A DNA stretch of 64,000 nucleotides, from the IMG/VR virus record IMGVR_UViG_3300010399_000031, positions 179,404 through 243,403 of that record. One strand, 5' to 3'. Each line of letters starts with the position of its first letter. Within the stretch, counting starts at the first letter, position 1. The notes below the pieces were generated by a model, which saw only the letters and a list, made by a program, of their open reading frames with translations, was not told the origin of the DNA and made no database searches. The translations under genes and the position numbers were made by a program. Below, one piece after another: positions 35,832 through 46,054 of the stretch.

Positions 35832-37433
35832 ATGTTAGTTGATGCTGACACGCCACCACTGAATGACTTGGTGGCCAATGGCATTGCTGTGCGCGATATG
35901 AAACACGCCGAGAAGTATATCGACGATGTTTGGCGATCAGTTGAAAAGGAATTTCCCCCGGAGTTTAAGTATCTGGGGTGTGAGCGTTGTCCTTTTCCGG
36001 AAGAGTATCGGGAAACCATCCGCAAACGTACAGTGCGTCCTTCGTACGACATTGCAGAGTCAAACTTTTACATGGTGAAGTATTATTTTAGCTTTAAGGG
36101 AGAGAAGCTAAAACCGAAGTACATTTATCTACCGTACGTCACTGAGAACTGCACCATCCACATCAGCAACGGTCGATATCTGGTCTCGCCTGTGTTAGCG
36201 GATCGCGTGATTTCTATCGGATTGAACTACGTGTTCATTCGACTGTTGCGTGATCGGATGACGTTTGAGAAGTTGAACCATCACTTTAAAGTGGATGATG
36301 TTCGGGAAACAGTGTCAGTGGTGTGGTCCAATGTGTATCACAAAACGGAACAGATGAAAAAACTCAAGAATCCCTTGAGTAAAATGAAGTGTACTCTCGC
36401 GCACTATCTCTTTTGCAAGTATGGCTATACGGAGGCAATGCAACGTTTTGCCCACACCACTCCGGTTGTGGGAGACCACACCACGATCGACGTGCATCAA
36501 TATCCACCTGATCAGTGGGTAATCTGCAAGAGCAATCAAACTAAACCCAAAGGTGTCGGGTTCGGTCCATGGTTACCCTCGAATTTGCGCATCGCCATTC
36601 GCCGGGAAGACTTTGAACGTACGCGAATGGCGAAGAATCTCACAGCGGGTCTGTTTTATGTGGTCGATCACTTTCCAGAGTTTTTTGAAAACCCGGCTAA
36701 TGCGAATGATTCGCGCTGGATGATGATTTTGATGGGGCAGATCATCTGGGCCCCGTCAGTGCCTTATGGTCGCTTGCAAAACGATACAGCTGCCCATATC
36801 GCTTCCTTGGACGATTATATCGACAGTATCATGATCGATAAGTTCAAGCAGATCGAGAAACCCATCACCGATCTGTATCAGCTCTTTGCGCTACTGGTCG
36901 ATAACTTTGATCAATGGTTACTCGATGGTGCTGATAAAGTGAATAGCATGTACGATAAGGAGCTAAACGTCATCGGTTTCTTGCTGGAGACGCTCACCTT
37001 TTTGATTGTACGGCTGAACTTTCGACTCAAAGCGGCGGCTAAAAAGGAGTTGAAGTTACGTGATGTAGAAAACGCCTTGCAACAAGTCAAGCAAGGTGCG
37101 CTCTTTAGTCTTGTGAAAACATCGGGGTGTCTGTCTACTACTAGTAGCCCAGGGGATAATAAAGCGTTCAAACTCACGACTATTTTGATTCCGCAAACCG
37201 CCAGTCAAAAGGGAGTGGGTAAGAGTGATCGAGGCTCCACCACCGATGCAACCAAACGACTACACGTGTCGGTGGCAGAAATTGGAGGTTACTCCAATGT
37301 ACCTAAGTCCGAACCAAGTGGGCGTGCACGCCTTAATCCGCACGTTCTACTGGATGAGTGCGGTATGGTGCAACGTCATGAAGATTTACGTGAGTTGTTA
37401 GACCAAGTCGAGTCGCAGATCAAACGCTTATAA
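35832..37433 (+). CDS. non-virion RNA polymerase beta-like subunit (phiKZ gp123-like)
   Basis: 'YLGCERC','IYLPYV','SPVLADRVIS','RLLRD','LHVSVAE.G..PKSEPSG..RLNP'; synteny; true start may be the ATC at 35814. Confidence 0.85.
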   Translation: MLVDADTPPLNDLVANGIAVRDMKHAEKYIDDVWRSVEKEFPPEFKYLGCERCPFPEEYRETIRKRTVRPSYDIAESNFYMVKYYFSFKGEKLKPKYIYLPYVTENCTIHISNGRYLVSPVLADRVISIGLNYVFIRLLRDRMTFEKLNHHFKVDDVRETVSVVWSNVYHKTEQMKKLKNPLSKMKCTLAHYLFCKYGYTEAMQRFAHTTPVVGDHTTIDVHQYPPDQWVICKSNQTKPKGVGFGPWLPSNLRIAIRREDFERTRMAKNLTAGLFYVVDHFPEFFENPANANDSRWMMILMGQIIWAPSVPYGRLQNDTAAHIASLDDYIDSIMIDKFKQIEKPITDLYQLFALLVDNFDQWLLDGADKVNSMYDKELNVIGFLLETLTFLIVRLNFRLKAAAKKELKLRDVENALQQVKQGALFSLVKTSGCLSTTSSPGDNKAFKLTTILIPQTASQKGVGKSDRGSTTDATKRLHVSVAEIGGYSNVPKSEPSGRARLNPHVLLDECGMVQRHEDLRELLDQVESQIKRL

Positions 37434-37477
37434 GTTTTGAGCAAGTAAGAAATAAGTTTAGATAAGGAAACCGAAAG

Positions 37478-39571
37478 ATGTACTCTCAACCTTCTCTTCC
37501 CTTCGATCCAACGCGGCCAACCCAACCGCCTATGCAGATCGATATCAACAATCCCCCCTTCGTTCCGGATTATCGATGCGAAGACGGTCTGATGCCGTTT
37601 CGACCGTATATCGCGGGATTATTGATTCTGGAGATTCAAAACGGATTGGCCCGCCAAAATCCGTTAAGAATCTTTGCCTACAACCTCTTCTCAGCTAATG
37701 GTTGGAGAAACGACGATTTTGCAGGAATCTTCGGTAAGGTATGCGACTACATTGTGTTGTCGCTTGTCAATCGAGAATTTCGTGCTCCGGATGAAGCTGC
37801 GATTCAACTTATCCCGCGCTTCGTGAAGATGGTCGTGGCTGAAAACACGAACCACTTTCAGGAGTTAATTCGATATATTGATCAGGAGCAATGGGCTGCC
37901 GTTCAGCAGCAATGTGCCCTTTGGGCGCGAGTCAAAGGTACCATCGACTTGTTTCGGTCTCGTAATCCGATTTGGGGGTATGGTCAACAACCGCAAATGC
38001 AACGACCGTACATGCACCCGCAGCAACCTCCGATGGGGGATCCGCGCGCAGCGTATCGTTCAATGGCCGCACATCAACTGGGAGTAGCTGCGGGGGGAAT
38101 GGGTACGCCATCCATACAACCTTCGTACGGTGGTTCCAACATTGATCCGCGTTTGTTGGGCGCCAGTGTCTCTGAGCCGATTGTCTCGGCTAAACGTGAT
38201 AACCCGTATGCCCGAATGCTGGCTGAGGAGCAACAAGCCGAAGCTAACCAAGTCAAGCAAGCGGCGGAAGCACTACGCCCGCCTTTTACCGCTCGCACTC
38301 AAAAGGAAGAATTTGCCATGCAACAAGAAAACGTCTCTGCTCAAGTGAATGAATTGGAGGACGGCAGCATTCTCATTCCCGAGGTCACCAGCACCTATTT
38401 CTGGAAACCGACGGAAGAACAACCGGCCAGACCCGCTTATCACCCCTCGACCCAAGAGCGCTTCCATCGCGTTATGCCAGATGGAACGGTCTTTATCGAG
38501 GTTCACGACAAACTGAGCCAATCGAACATGGACTTCGAAGAACACAACCTGCCGCACAGCATCTTCGGCAAAGCGCGCGAAGGTGTGTCTTACGACATCG
38601 CGCGTGCAAATCAGGCGTTTGGTCGTGGCGCGCAAGAGTTCGCTCACCGAATGGATTGGACGATCAAAGCCCGGCAGCTGGGTGACACCGATGAAGGTCG
38701 ACAAGCGCAGGAAAAAGCCAATGAAGAACCGGTATCAGTTGTCACAGACGAAGATGGCTGGCTCTGTGAAGTTTCGGAAGTGAGCTTGATGGTTACGGTC
38801 GGTGTCTCACGAGCCGAGTATGCAGCCAAAACACAGAAGTCGCCTGACGTTTTCCGTCGTTACGCGTTCATCTCCGAACCGGTGATCTGCGAGACCGACC
38901 AATCGGATTTCATCCGTCGACTGGCCGACTCCCGTACGTGGTTGGAATTGGCCGGCAAGATCGAAGCTGGTCTGAAGGAAAACGACATCGGGTTTGTCGA
39001 AGCGGTCACGCGCCGCGCGATCGTCACGCTGAACCGGGTGCTCGCTTTGCACATGTCGGTGCCACCGGATATGATTTGTCTGGGTACGGACTTCGATGTT
39101 GCCACGATTCAAGAACTGGAATCGGCGCTAGAGAGTATGTTCTCCAGCGTCTTTGTGAGTGCGTATAAGAAGCATCAGCGCAACCACATTCTTTCCATGT
39201 TCCAGTCGATTGGCGACGCGGAGGTCGAAAAGACGCTGCGCGATTCGTTCATCGATCCGAGTAAATTCCCGGAAGGTAAAACACCTTGGTTAGGTTTGCT
39301 CACGAGCTGTGTATCGTTTACCACGTTGGACATGTACGCACGCGACCTGGATCTCGAACTCGATCCGGATACCGGATCGATGCTGACGAAGGAAAATAGT
39401 GGTGATCTGCATACGGTGATGGCTGATCTTTATAGCCGTTTGCCTAAGGATCGCACTTTCGCCAAGCATCTGTTCCAGACCAACGATGGTGTATTGCTCG
39501 AAGTGGTCGAAGGCGATCTCGTGCCGGACGCTTACATGCTTGCCCGTGTACCGCAGGTGTGGTTCGGTTAA
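37478..39571 (+). CDS. conserved phiKZ-like hypothetical protein
   Basis: 697-aa ORF following the RNAP subunit; Q/P-rich linker. Confidence 0.8.
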   Translation: MYSQPSLPFDPTRPTQPPMQIDINNPPFVPDYRCEDGLMPFRPYIAGLLILEIQNGLARQNPLRIFAYNLFSANGWRNDDFAGIFGKVCDYIVLSLVNREFRAPDEAAIQLIPRFVKMVVAENTNHFQELIRYIDQEQWAAVQQQCALWARVKGTIDLFRSRNPIWGYGQQPQMQRPYMHPQQPPMGDPRAAYRSMAAHQLGVAAGGMGTPSIQPSYGGSNIDPRLLGASVSEPIVSAKRDNPYARMLAEEQQAEANQVKQAAEALRPPFTARTQKEEFAMQQENVSAQVNELEDGSILIPEVTSTYFWKPTEEQPARPAYHPSTQERFHRVMPDGTVFIEVHDKLSQSNMDFEEHNLPHSIFGKAREGVSYDIARANQAFGRGAQEFAHRMDWTIKARQLGDTDEGRQAQEKANEEPVSVVTDEDGWLCEVSEVSLMVTVGVSRAEYAAKTQKSPDVFRRYAFISEPVICETDQSDFIRRLADSRTWLELAGKIEAGLKENDIGFVEAVTRRAIVTLNRVLALHMSVPPDMICLGTDFDVATIQELESALESMFSSVFVSAYKKHQRNHILSMFQSIGDAEVEKTLRDSFIDPSKFPEGKTPWLGLLTSCVSFTTLDMYARDLDLELDPDTGSMLTKENSGDLHTVMADLYSRLPKDRTFAKHLFQTNDGVLLEVVEGDLVPDAYMLARVPQVWFG

Positions 39572-39618
39572 GTTCTTGCATGCCGAGCCCTAGGAATGAT
39601 CACAGGGCTTGACTTTTT

Positions 39619-39646
39619 AGAGAGGACTTCGGTCCTCTCTTTTTTT
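39619..39646 (+). terminator. intrinsic terminator
   Basis: AGAGAGGAC-TTCG-GTCCTCTCT + T tract. Confidence 0.85.
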
Positions 39647-39718
39647 GTCATTTATTTCACCTATATTTTTTTTGTCCTGATCACGTTGATATGACCCAAC
39701 TTAAGGCACTAAAAAGTC

Positions 39719-40054
39719 ATGAATACGAGCACGACATTAGACTCCTTGACCGCAGCGATTCGAATCACTGTTGAACCCATTGTCGGGACAACTACGCTGA
39801 AGGTAACTTCTGGTAATCTTTACCGTGCCTATGCCTTAATAGGGGTGGGTGCGCCAACAGCGCGCATGCCCTATGGTCGTTATCAAGTCCATGTCATGGC
39901 GCAACGTGATAGCAGCAAAGCGGTCGTAATCTTTAACGATTACGGGGTCAGTCAAAGCGGAGCAAACAGCACGCGCAGCAACGTCGACTTGGCTAGTCTG
40001 TCTGAAGTCGCTGATCAACTCGGACAGTTTCTCTTATCCGGAAAAAGAGGCTAG
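39719..40054 (+). CDS. hypothetical protein
   Basis: ORF; 'IFNDY..LGQFLL' resembles 'IAEND..AAFFLL' of the next gene. Confidence 0.65.
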   Translation: MNTSTTLDSLTAAIRITVEPIVGTTTLKVTSGNLYRAYALIGVGAPTARMPYGRYQVHVMAQRDSSKAVVIFNDYGVSQSGANSTRSNVDLASLSEVADQLGQFLLSGKRG

Positions 40055-40057
40055 GCA

Positions 40058-40540
40058 ATGTTCATGGTGGAACAGAAGGTGGACCAACACCCCGCAGTCA
40101 AAGCCGTTTGTCAATTCAACAATGAACAAGAACGCATGGGGTTAGGGGTATTTCACATGCTTCGCGCGCTTTACAAAAAGGAGTTAAAGAAAGAAGAGTG
40201 TTTTTGGGCCGCATCACTAGAACCAGTTGTCTCACCGAACACAGGGGTTTGGCGTTACACCCAGATTTATATCACGCATGAAGATCCTCATTTAACCAAT
40301 GTGTTTGATCTTCACCCCAAACGCGCGGTAATCATCGCAGAAAATGATGCCTACGAGGAGTTAACGCTCATCTATCTGCTTAACGATGTGGCGCATGTTG
40401 CACCGCCCAATGATCGAATTCATTATTTCGATTTCGATCAAGCGGTCACCCGCGCAGCTTTCTTTTTGCTACGCGGGCGTCCGATGAATCAAGCAGATGC
40501 ATTGTACCAAGCGATGAGTGTTGATGGTCACTTGCAATGA
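40058..40540 (+). CDS. hypothetical protein
   Basis: packed ORF. Confidence 0.7.
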   Translation: MFMVEQKVDQHPAVKAVCQFNNEQERMGLGVFHMLRALYKKELKKEECFWAASLEPVVSPNTGVWRYTQIYITHEDPHLTNVFDLHPKRAVIIAENDAYEELTLIYLLNDVAHVAPPNDRIHYFDFDQAVTRAAFFLLRGRPMNQADALYQAMSVDGHLQ

Positions 40541-40548
40541 AGTAAACA

Positions 40549-40597
40549 GCATAAAGGGAGAGCCAAACGGCTCTCCCTAATATGTTCTTCTTTTTTT
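40549..40597. terminator. bidirectional terminator
   Basis: AGGGAGAGCC-AAAC-GGCTCTCCCT; its reverse complement is identical to 49632-49660 over 29 nt. Confidence 0.75.
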
Positions 40598-40614
40598 GTG
40601 GTCAATTAGGTGTT

Positions 40615-43600
40615 TTATTCCGGGGGAGTTTGTTCATCCGTTCCTTCACCTTCTGCCCCACCTTCACCACCCGCTTCTTGTCCACTCTCCCCACCACCAG
40701 CCTCAGGTCCGCCGAGGTTCGGTTCACCACCTGCGCCGCCTTCCTCGCCAGTAGCAAACTCATCGGTACCACCTGTAGCTTCACCTCCACCCAGACCACC
40801 ACCACCTTCCGGGGTTGCCCCCGTCTTGTTCAGGATTTCTTCCGAGTTGTTCTTGATCACGGAGAGCTTTACGATGTTTTCCGTAAAGCTCTTGACCAAA
40901 CCCTCCAAGTGAACCTTTTGAGCTTCAAAGAGGTTTACAGCCGGATTACCTGATTCGTCTTGTGCGGTAAGCTCAGACAGTTCTGTGAAGATCCCGTTTT
41001 CCGCCATGAACTTACGCTGGTAGAGTGCACGCACTGAAGCGCGGATCGCATCGACATCCTGACTGATCGTGCCGACTGTATCGCTCGTGAAGAACGTCGA
41101 GCTAATCCATGCGTCCAGTGCTTTGTCCAGACCCTCCACGTACTTATCGTACGCAGTCATCTGATTTTCCAGCGTGACCGTATTGGGTTTGGGTAAACTC
41201 ACTTCCAGGGTGGAAATAAATTGCATCAAGATTTGTTCCACAACAAAACGCTTCTTGTGCTCTTGTACTGTATTTTCCTTCTTCACACTGGATGTAGGTT
41301 GAGTTGGTTTGGCTTCCTCCGGACTGGTGACGGCATACGGAACACCACCCATATTGCTTGGTTGTGTAGTCGTTTGGTTTTCCTCAGGCGGTGTTTCGGT
41401 TGTGGTGCCTGGTGCGGTAGTACCTTGGTTTTTCTGTTGGATGGCTTTACGGGCAGCCGTAACAAAATCATCATGGTCATCTGTGTTGACCTGTTGCTGC
41501 ACTGCCTCTTTAGCCTTCTCTTCGTTTTGGACGCTATCGCGTTTATCCTGCACGAGTTCGTCGTAATTATCGATGAGAATCTGGCGCAAAGCTTCCAACA
41601 AATACTGCGAAGCCAAGGTGTACTTACGACAGTGATCCGACAGTAGTTCAGAAAAACGGGTTTGATACTTAAGCACTCGCTTAGAGAGCAGAAGATTATT
41701 CTGCACAATCGAAGTCGCAAACTCCGCGTGGAAGGCAGCGTCGATATTCTCTGGCGAAAGACCCGTGGCCATGATCGCTTTCTTATCAAGCGACTCGACC
41801 AATTCCGTATCAGGTTTGGTGTACTCAGAATGCTTTTCGGAGAAGTTAATCTCCAGCGAAGGTACTTCCGGGTGACCCTTAAAGGTGAACTCCAGGCCCG
41901 AGCGTTGCAACCAATCGACCAGATCTGTTGGTGAATTCATCCCCAACGGAAAATACTGTTGACGACTGCGTACGATTTCATGCGAAGCAATTTCGATGGT
42001 CTTTTTCGGATCCGGATCTTCCGGATCGAGTACCAATTCAACGTTCGTGCGACCAATCGAATTTTTCACACCCGCCATGGTCTGTGCAAACATGAGCATG
42101 GCGCGCATCGAGTTGAGTACCTTCATGTCGTCAAGTAACGACTCACCCACGCCATCGGGGGTATAATTGAAGGCGAAATACGTCATCAACTCAACTGGAA
42201 TGAAAAGGAGTTGCGTATATTGCTTAGCCAACGTACGTGAAAGCATGATGCGGTAGACTTCTTCACGCCGCGCCAGGGCGACGCCATTACCGTAGTAACC
42301 ATTGCGCAAGCGTGCCAAGAGATCGGCTTCCACGATTTCTTGATAATAGCGCACCGAGTAATCGGTCAGGTTAGCATTGATCGATGGGAACCCCCCCATC
42401 ATCGAGCGCGTTTTAGTAAGCATCGCGGACGGAAACGAACCATTGGCATTAAGCCGTGAGCTGAGTTCTTGATAGTAATCGGTGTTACTCGTACGTGACA
42501 CCGGATTTCCATCTTGATCAACCAAGACGAAAAAGCCAATCTGCTCTTGCGGAGTTCCAGGAATAAACACCGGAATCACTGACTCACTCGGTAGATGCAA
42601 CACAAGTGGATTGCCCACAGTGCGGCGACTGAGTTGCTCTTGTGTCTTGAGCGATGTGATTGAATTGTACCCGTACTGCTTGTTTTTGTAGACCAACTGG
42701 GTAAGTTCCCGATCAGTCAGCTTACTCATTCCTTCTTTTTCCATGGCGCGAGACATTTCACTTTCCAGCGCCATGAGGTTATCATTGACTCCCAACATTG
42801 AGCGAATCCGAGATTCACGGATTTTTTGATTGATTTGAGGGATCTTAAGGACATGGGGGTTATCTGTCACGACCAAGTAGGTATCCGGATGGGGTTTCTC
42901 CATGATCCCTTCAAAAGTCACGCGACCTTCCACCGCTTCAGGAACATGACTATTGAATGCCTCCATGGCCAGTCCCGGACCTTGGCGCTCCATCGTCCCG
43001 ATGTTTTTGACTGAAGGCCCCAAAACTCCCCGATTACGCATCATCCCGGTACGAGTATCGAAGTGATCAGCAAACGCTTCCATTGACATATGACGAGGAG
43101 AATTGATCACATCGTCGATCGAGTTTTCCGGAATCACCGCTATGGCATAACTCCCAGTTTTACCCAGCATGTCCGTCAAAATCTCGGAACACTTCGACTG
43201 AATGTTATAGTCTTGTTCAAAATGCTGCCGAATGCGGGTGAGCATTGCCCCTTGGACTTGGGGCGGCAAGAGATCTTCTGCCGAAGTGAAAATCAACTCA
43301 CTGGTTGTCAGATCTTTCGGTGACAAAATGGAACTCACCAAAATCTCAATGGCGAGTTTCATGTCCGGCAGGATCTGCATCACAGTCTCGGCGTCGCCGA
43401 TGTTCTGAGCAGTGTGCTGGGAGATGTTTTTGAACGCGTTGATTTGTGGCGCAGTCGGTGCGCGTTGACCCTTGTTATCGTACGTCGGTGGTAAGGTCGG
43501 AGCAACCAATTTACTGATGGTTGCGGCCAACTCCGGGTCGGAGCGAACCAAGGACAGCGCCGAGACCTTGCGGCCTGAATTTACGAGTGCAATCGTTTTC

Positions 43601-43617
43601 CTGATCGCGTCTTTCAT
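40615..43617 (-). CDS. portal protein (phiKZ gp129-like)
   Basis: 'LPD..LA..ILVSSILSPKD','GSYAIAVIPE','LPSESVIPV','YFAF.Y...GVG.SL'; acidic Gly-rich tail; head-to-head with a gp128-like gene. Confidence 0.8.
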   Translation of the reverse strand: MKDAIRKTIALVNSGRKVSALSLVRSDPELAATISKLVAPTLPPTYDNKGQRAPTAPQINAFKNISQHTAQNIGDAETVMQILPDMKLAIEILVSSILSPKDLTTSELIFTSAEDLLPPQVQGAMLTRIRQHFEQDYNIQSKCSEILTDMLGKTGSYAIAVIPENSIDDVINSPRHMSMEAFADHFDTRTGMMRNRGVLGPSVKNIGTMERQGPGLAMEAFNSHVPEAVEGRVTFEGIMEKPHPDTYLVVTDNPHVLKIPQINQKIRESRIRSMLGVNDNLMALESEMSRAMEKEGMSKLTDRELTQLVYKNKQYGYNSITSLKTQEQLSRRTVGNPLVLHLPSESVIPVFIPGTPQEQIGFFVLVDQDGNPVSRTSNTDYYQELSSRLNANGSFPSAMLTKTRSMMGGFPSINANLTDYSVRYYQEIVEADLLARLRNGYYGNGVALARREEVYRIMLSRTLAKQYTQLLFIPVELMTYFAFNYTPDGVGESLLDDMKVLNSMRAMLMFAQTMAGVKNSIGRTNVELVLDPEDPDPKKTIEIASHEIVRSRQQYFPLGMNSPTDLVDWLQRSGLEFTFKGHPEVPSLEINFSEKHSEYTKPDTELVESLDKKAIMATGLSPENIDAAFHAEFATSIVQNNLLLSKRVLKYQTRFSELLSDHCRKYTLASQYLLEALRQILIDNYDELVQDKRDSVQNEEKAKEAVQQQVNTDDHDDFVTAARKAIQQKNQGTTAPGTTTETPPEENQTTTQPSNMGGVPYAVTSPEEAKPTQPTSSVKKENTVQEHKKRFVVEQILMQFISTLEVSLPKPNTVTLENQMTAYDKYVEGLDKALDAWISSTFFTSDTVGTISQDVDAIRASVRALYQRKFMAENGIFTELSELTAQDESGNPAVNLFEAQKVHLEGLVKSFTENIVKLSVIKNNSEEILNKTGATPEGGGGLGGGEATGGTDEFATGEEGGAGGEPNLGGPEAGGGESGQEAGGEGGAEGEGTDEQTPPE

Positions 43618-43648
43618 TTAAACCTCGTCAGCTTAAGAGGCAGTCGTT

Positions 43649-45934
43649 ATGGCCAGCCAAAATTATTACGATCTGTATGTCCAATCGGTCATTCAGCTCG
43701 CAGAAACTATCGTCATCAAGTCAGTAGACACCGCTGACGGGCTTAACAACTACGTCGCAAAAGAATTGGGTGGTGCGGTCGACTCATTGAACCCAACCAC
43801 CTGGAAGTACTACATGAATATTTCGGGCGAATATCATCCGACCGACACGATGATGTCCGTGACCTCAATGGATACCTTGGAGCAAATTAATTTCACCAAG
43901 GAAAATCTCCAAATTCACTTGGCCACGGCAAAGGGATATCAGTACGGGACAACCTCCTATCAAGATCTGGTCTCGCGCTACCCAAATCAAGAAATGCTCA
44001 TCTTGGGTATCCTCTACCCAGCCGATATCGATCAAGCAATCGCGGCGACAGATGGAACGATTCTCGCTTATCCTCCTAACCTGGTGGAAAATAACGAGTA
44101 TTCCTTGATTTACAAGCTACAAGAGTGGATCTACGGCTACAAAGAACGTTGGGTCAATCGTCAATTTAACTTAAGCGATCCGCTTTACCCGTACGTTAAT
44201 CACGGGATCATGTATCTGTTGATTTTGCTTCAGATTCTAAACATTCGTTTAGCTGCGTGTAAGACGAATGAAGCACATTCGTATCACGTGCGAATGTACC
44301 TCGCCTCACACTTGGGTCTGGATCAATTCTTGGATTTCATGACCACCAAACAGGCGCTTTGGTTCTATCGGAATATTTGCTACATCGAGCGCAACACAGG
44401 GCAGCGCCAGATTTTCAACTTGCTCCTTGAGCATATCATGACCGAGCGCAGCTTGCCAATGGCCGAGTACCGCATGGCGCATGATATCTCGCAAATGCCA
44501 GGTCAGCTTGACCCCACGGTTACGTTTGTGCGCACCCCTCTTAATCTCGGGGGAAATGATGACAGCAATAATGTCATCGACTTGGAGCAGATGCTCGATA
44601 AAGAACAGAACGCTGCACGCGATAACATCGCCTATCAGGGGGATATGGAGCCAGCAATTTTAGAAGCAATGCAAAATTCGCTCTCCAGTTCCTTGATGAC
44701 CAAAGTTGTGTCTAGTGAGATGATCGATTATTCGAACAGCTCCCTCTACACTCTTTCGGATACTTTACTCAACCACTGGCTTTGGTTAGCCAGTAACGGT
44801 TCTTACCAAGCATTTGTAACTACCACCAACCCACAAACGGGTGAGGCGATTCCGCTCTCAGTTAAAGATGCTTGGACGCTTATGTGGTATTGTTGGATGA
44901 CGTCCAACGGGATTGATTTGTCTGAGCAAGTGATCCCTGAGATGTTTGCCAATCGAGTGCAGCGTATCCCGACACCCCCTGTGTCAGATTTAATGAGTGT
45001 TGTTGACCCCACGTTAGTGGATGTATCGGTTGCACAAACAGCACTCTCGTTGCAACCAAGAATCACCCCGCTCCTCTCGACCGAGGCGTTTTACCAAACG
45101 TGCGTGCAGATTACGCAAGCGGCGAATATGCAACTTAACTTAATCGCCTTCATGGAGCACAAAGATCGACGGGCTTACGTGCAAGCGATGGTCGAGCGCA
45201 TTTACTCAGATAACGTAGTCTATACCGCTGATGTGGGTCAGACGTACCAGACGTGGTTTGCTCAGCGTAACTTGAATGTCTCCACCTTTAGCAACGACCA
45301 GCTTAATCTGATGTATCTGGATTTGGTTAAACAAGCTACGGGTTTGAGCCTTGTAAATTCACAAAGTTTGTCGAGTTTGCAAGCGGCCATGGTAGCCATG
45401 TTTGAGCGACTATCGAGTTACTCCATTCAGTTCACAAGTAAGATCAATTCCTCCCCAATACGCAATCTGAATGGTCCGGCAATTCGAGTAGGTGATATCT
45501 TAGGCCATGGTTCAACCGAAGTGTGGTTGCCTGATTCCACGGTCAATCCACGTCACCGGCAAGCACATGCGGACGTAGAAATTACACTCGATATCAATCA
45601 TCCGGTGCCACGTGAAGATTACTATTTTCACGTGAATGTGTTGGAAAGTATCGAGATGTTGGCTCGACCACAGATGGGTCTACATAGTTGGGAATTAAGC
45701 TATACTGCACCTACCGCTACACGGGTGAAGTTAGGTAACCCCCCCGATGTCGGTGACACGGGATTGGCCACTATTCCAGGAATGGATGCATGGCTGGCTT
45801 TACCCGATGATGAGAAATATCGATTCGTGGACTTATGGGGTAATTCCAATTATTACCATACTCCACCTGTCGAAGAGCCCCTGGACGAAGCCGTTACAAA
45901 TAAGACTTTGAACGGTTTAGTTTGGCTCGGTTAG
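43649..45934 (+). CDS. virion structural protein (phiKZ gp128-like)
   Basis: 'TWKYYMNISGEYH..D..M.V.S.DTLE.I.FT.ENL..H','RYP.QE.LI.GILYP'; synteny. Confidence 0.75.
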   Translation: MASQNYYDLYVQSVIQLAETIVIKSVDTADGLNNYVAKELGGAVDSLNPTTWKYYMNISGEYHPTDTMMSVTSMDTLEQINFTKENLQIHLATAKGYQYGTTSYQDLVSRYPNQEMLILGILYPADIDQAIAATDGTILAYPPNLVENNEYSLIYKLQEWIYGYKERWVNRQFNLSDPLYPYVNHGIMYLLILLQILNIRLAACKTNEAHSYHVRMYLASHLGLDQFLDFMTTKQALWFYRNICYIERNTGQRQIFNLLLEHIMTERSLPMAEYRMAHDISQMPGQLDPTVTFVRTPLNLGGNDDSNNVIDLEQMLDKEQNAARDNIAYQGDMEPAILEAMQNSLSSSLMTKVVSSEMIDYSNSSLYTLSDTLLNHWLWLASNGSYQAFVTTTNPQTGEAIPLSVKDAWTLMWYCWMTSNGIDLSEQVIPEMFANRVQRIPTPPVSDLMSVVDPTLVDVSVAQTALSLQPRITPLLSTEAFYQTCVQITQAANMQLNLIAFMEHKDRRAYVQAMVERIYSDNVVYTADVGQTYQTWFAQRNLNVSTFSNDQLNLMYLDLVKQATGLSLVNSQSLSSLQAAMVAMFERLSSYSIQFTSKINSSPIRNLNGPAIRVGDILGHGSTEVWLPDSTVNPRHRQAHADVEITLDINHPVPREDYYFHVNVLESIEMLARPQMGLHSWELSYTAPTATRVKLGNPPDVGDTGLATIPGMDAWLALPDDEKYRFVDLWGNSNYYHTPPVEEPLDEAVTNKTLNGLVWLG

Positions 45935-46054
45935 GTGTAATTTCAGTTTGAACAGGCGAATTCATTAGCCTGCGTGCTTGATATGAAACTGCCAATTTCT
46001 TAATTGGATTGTCTGGTAATAAATAAACAGGATTTTTTTTCTAAGGACTAGGTT

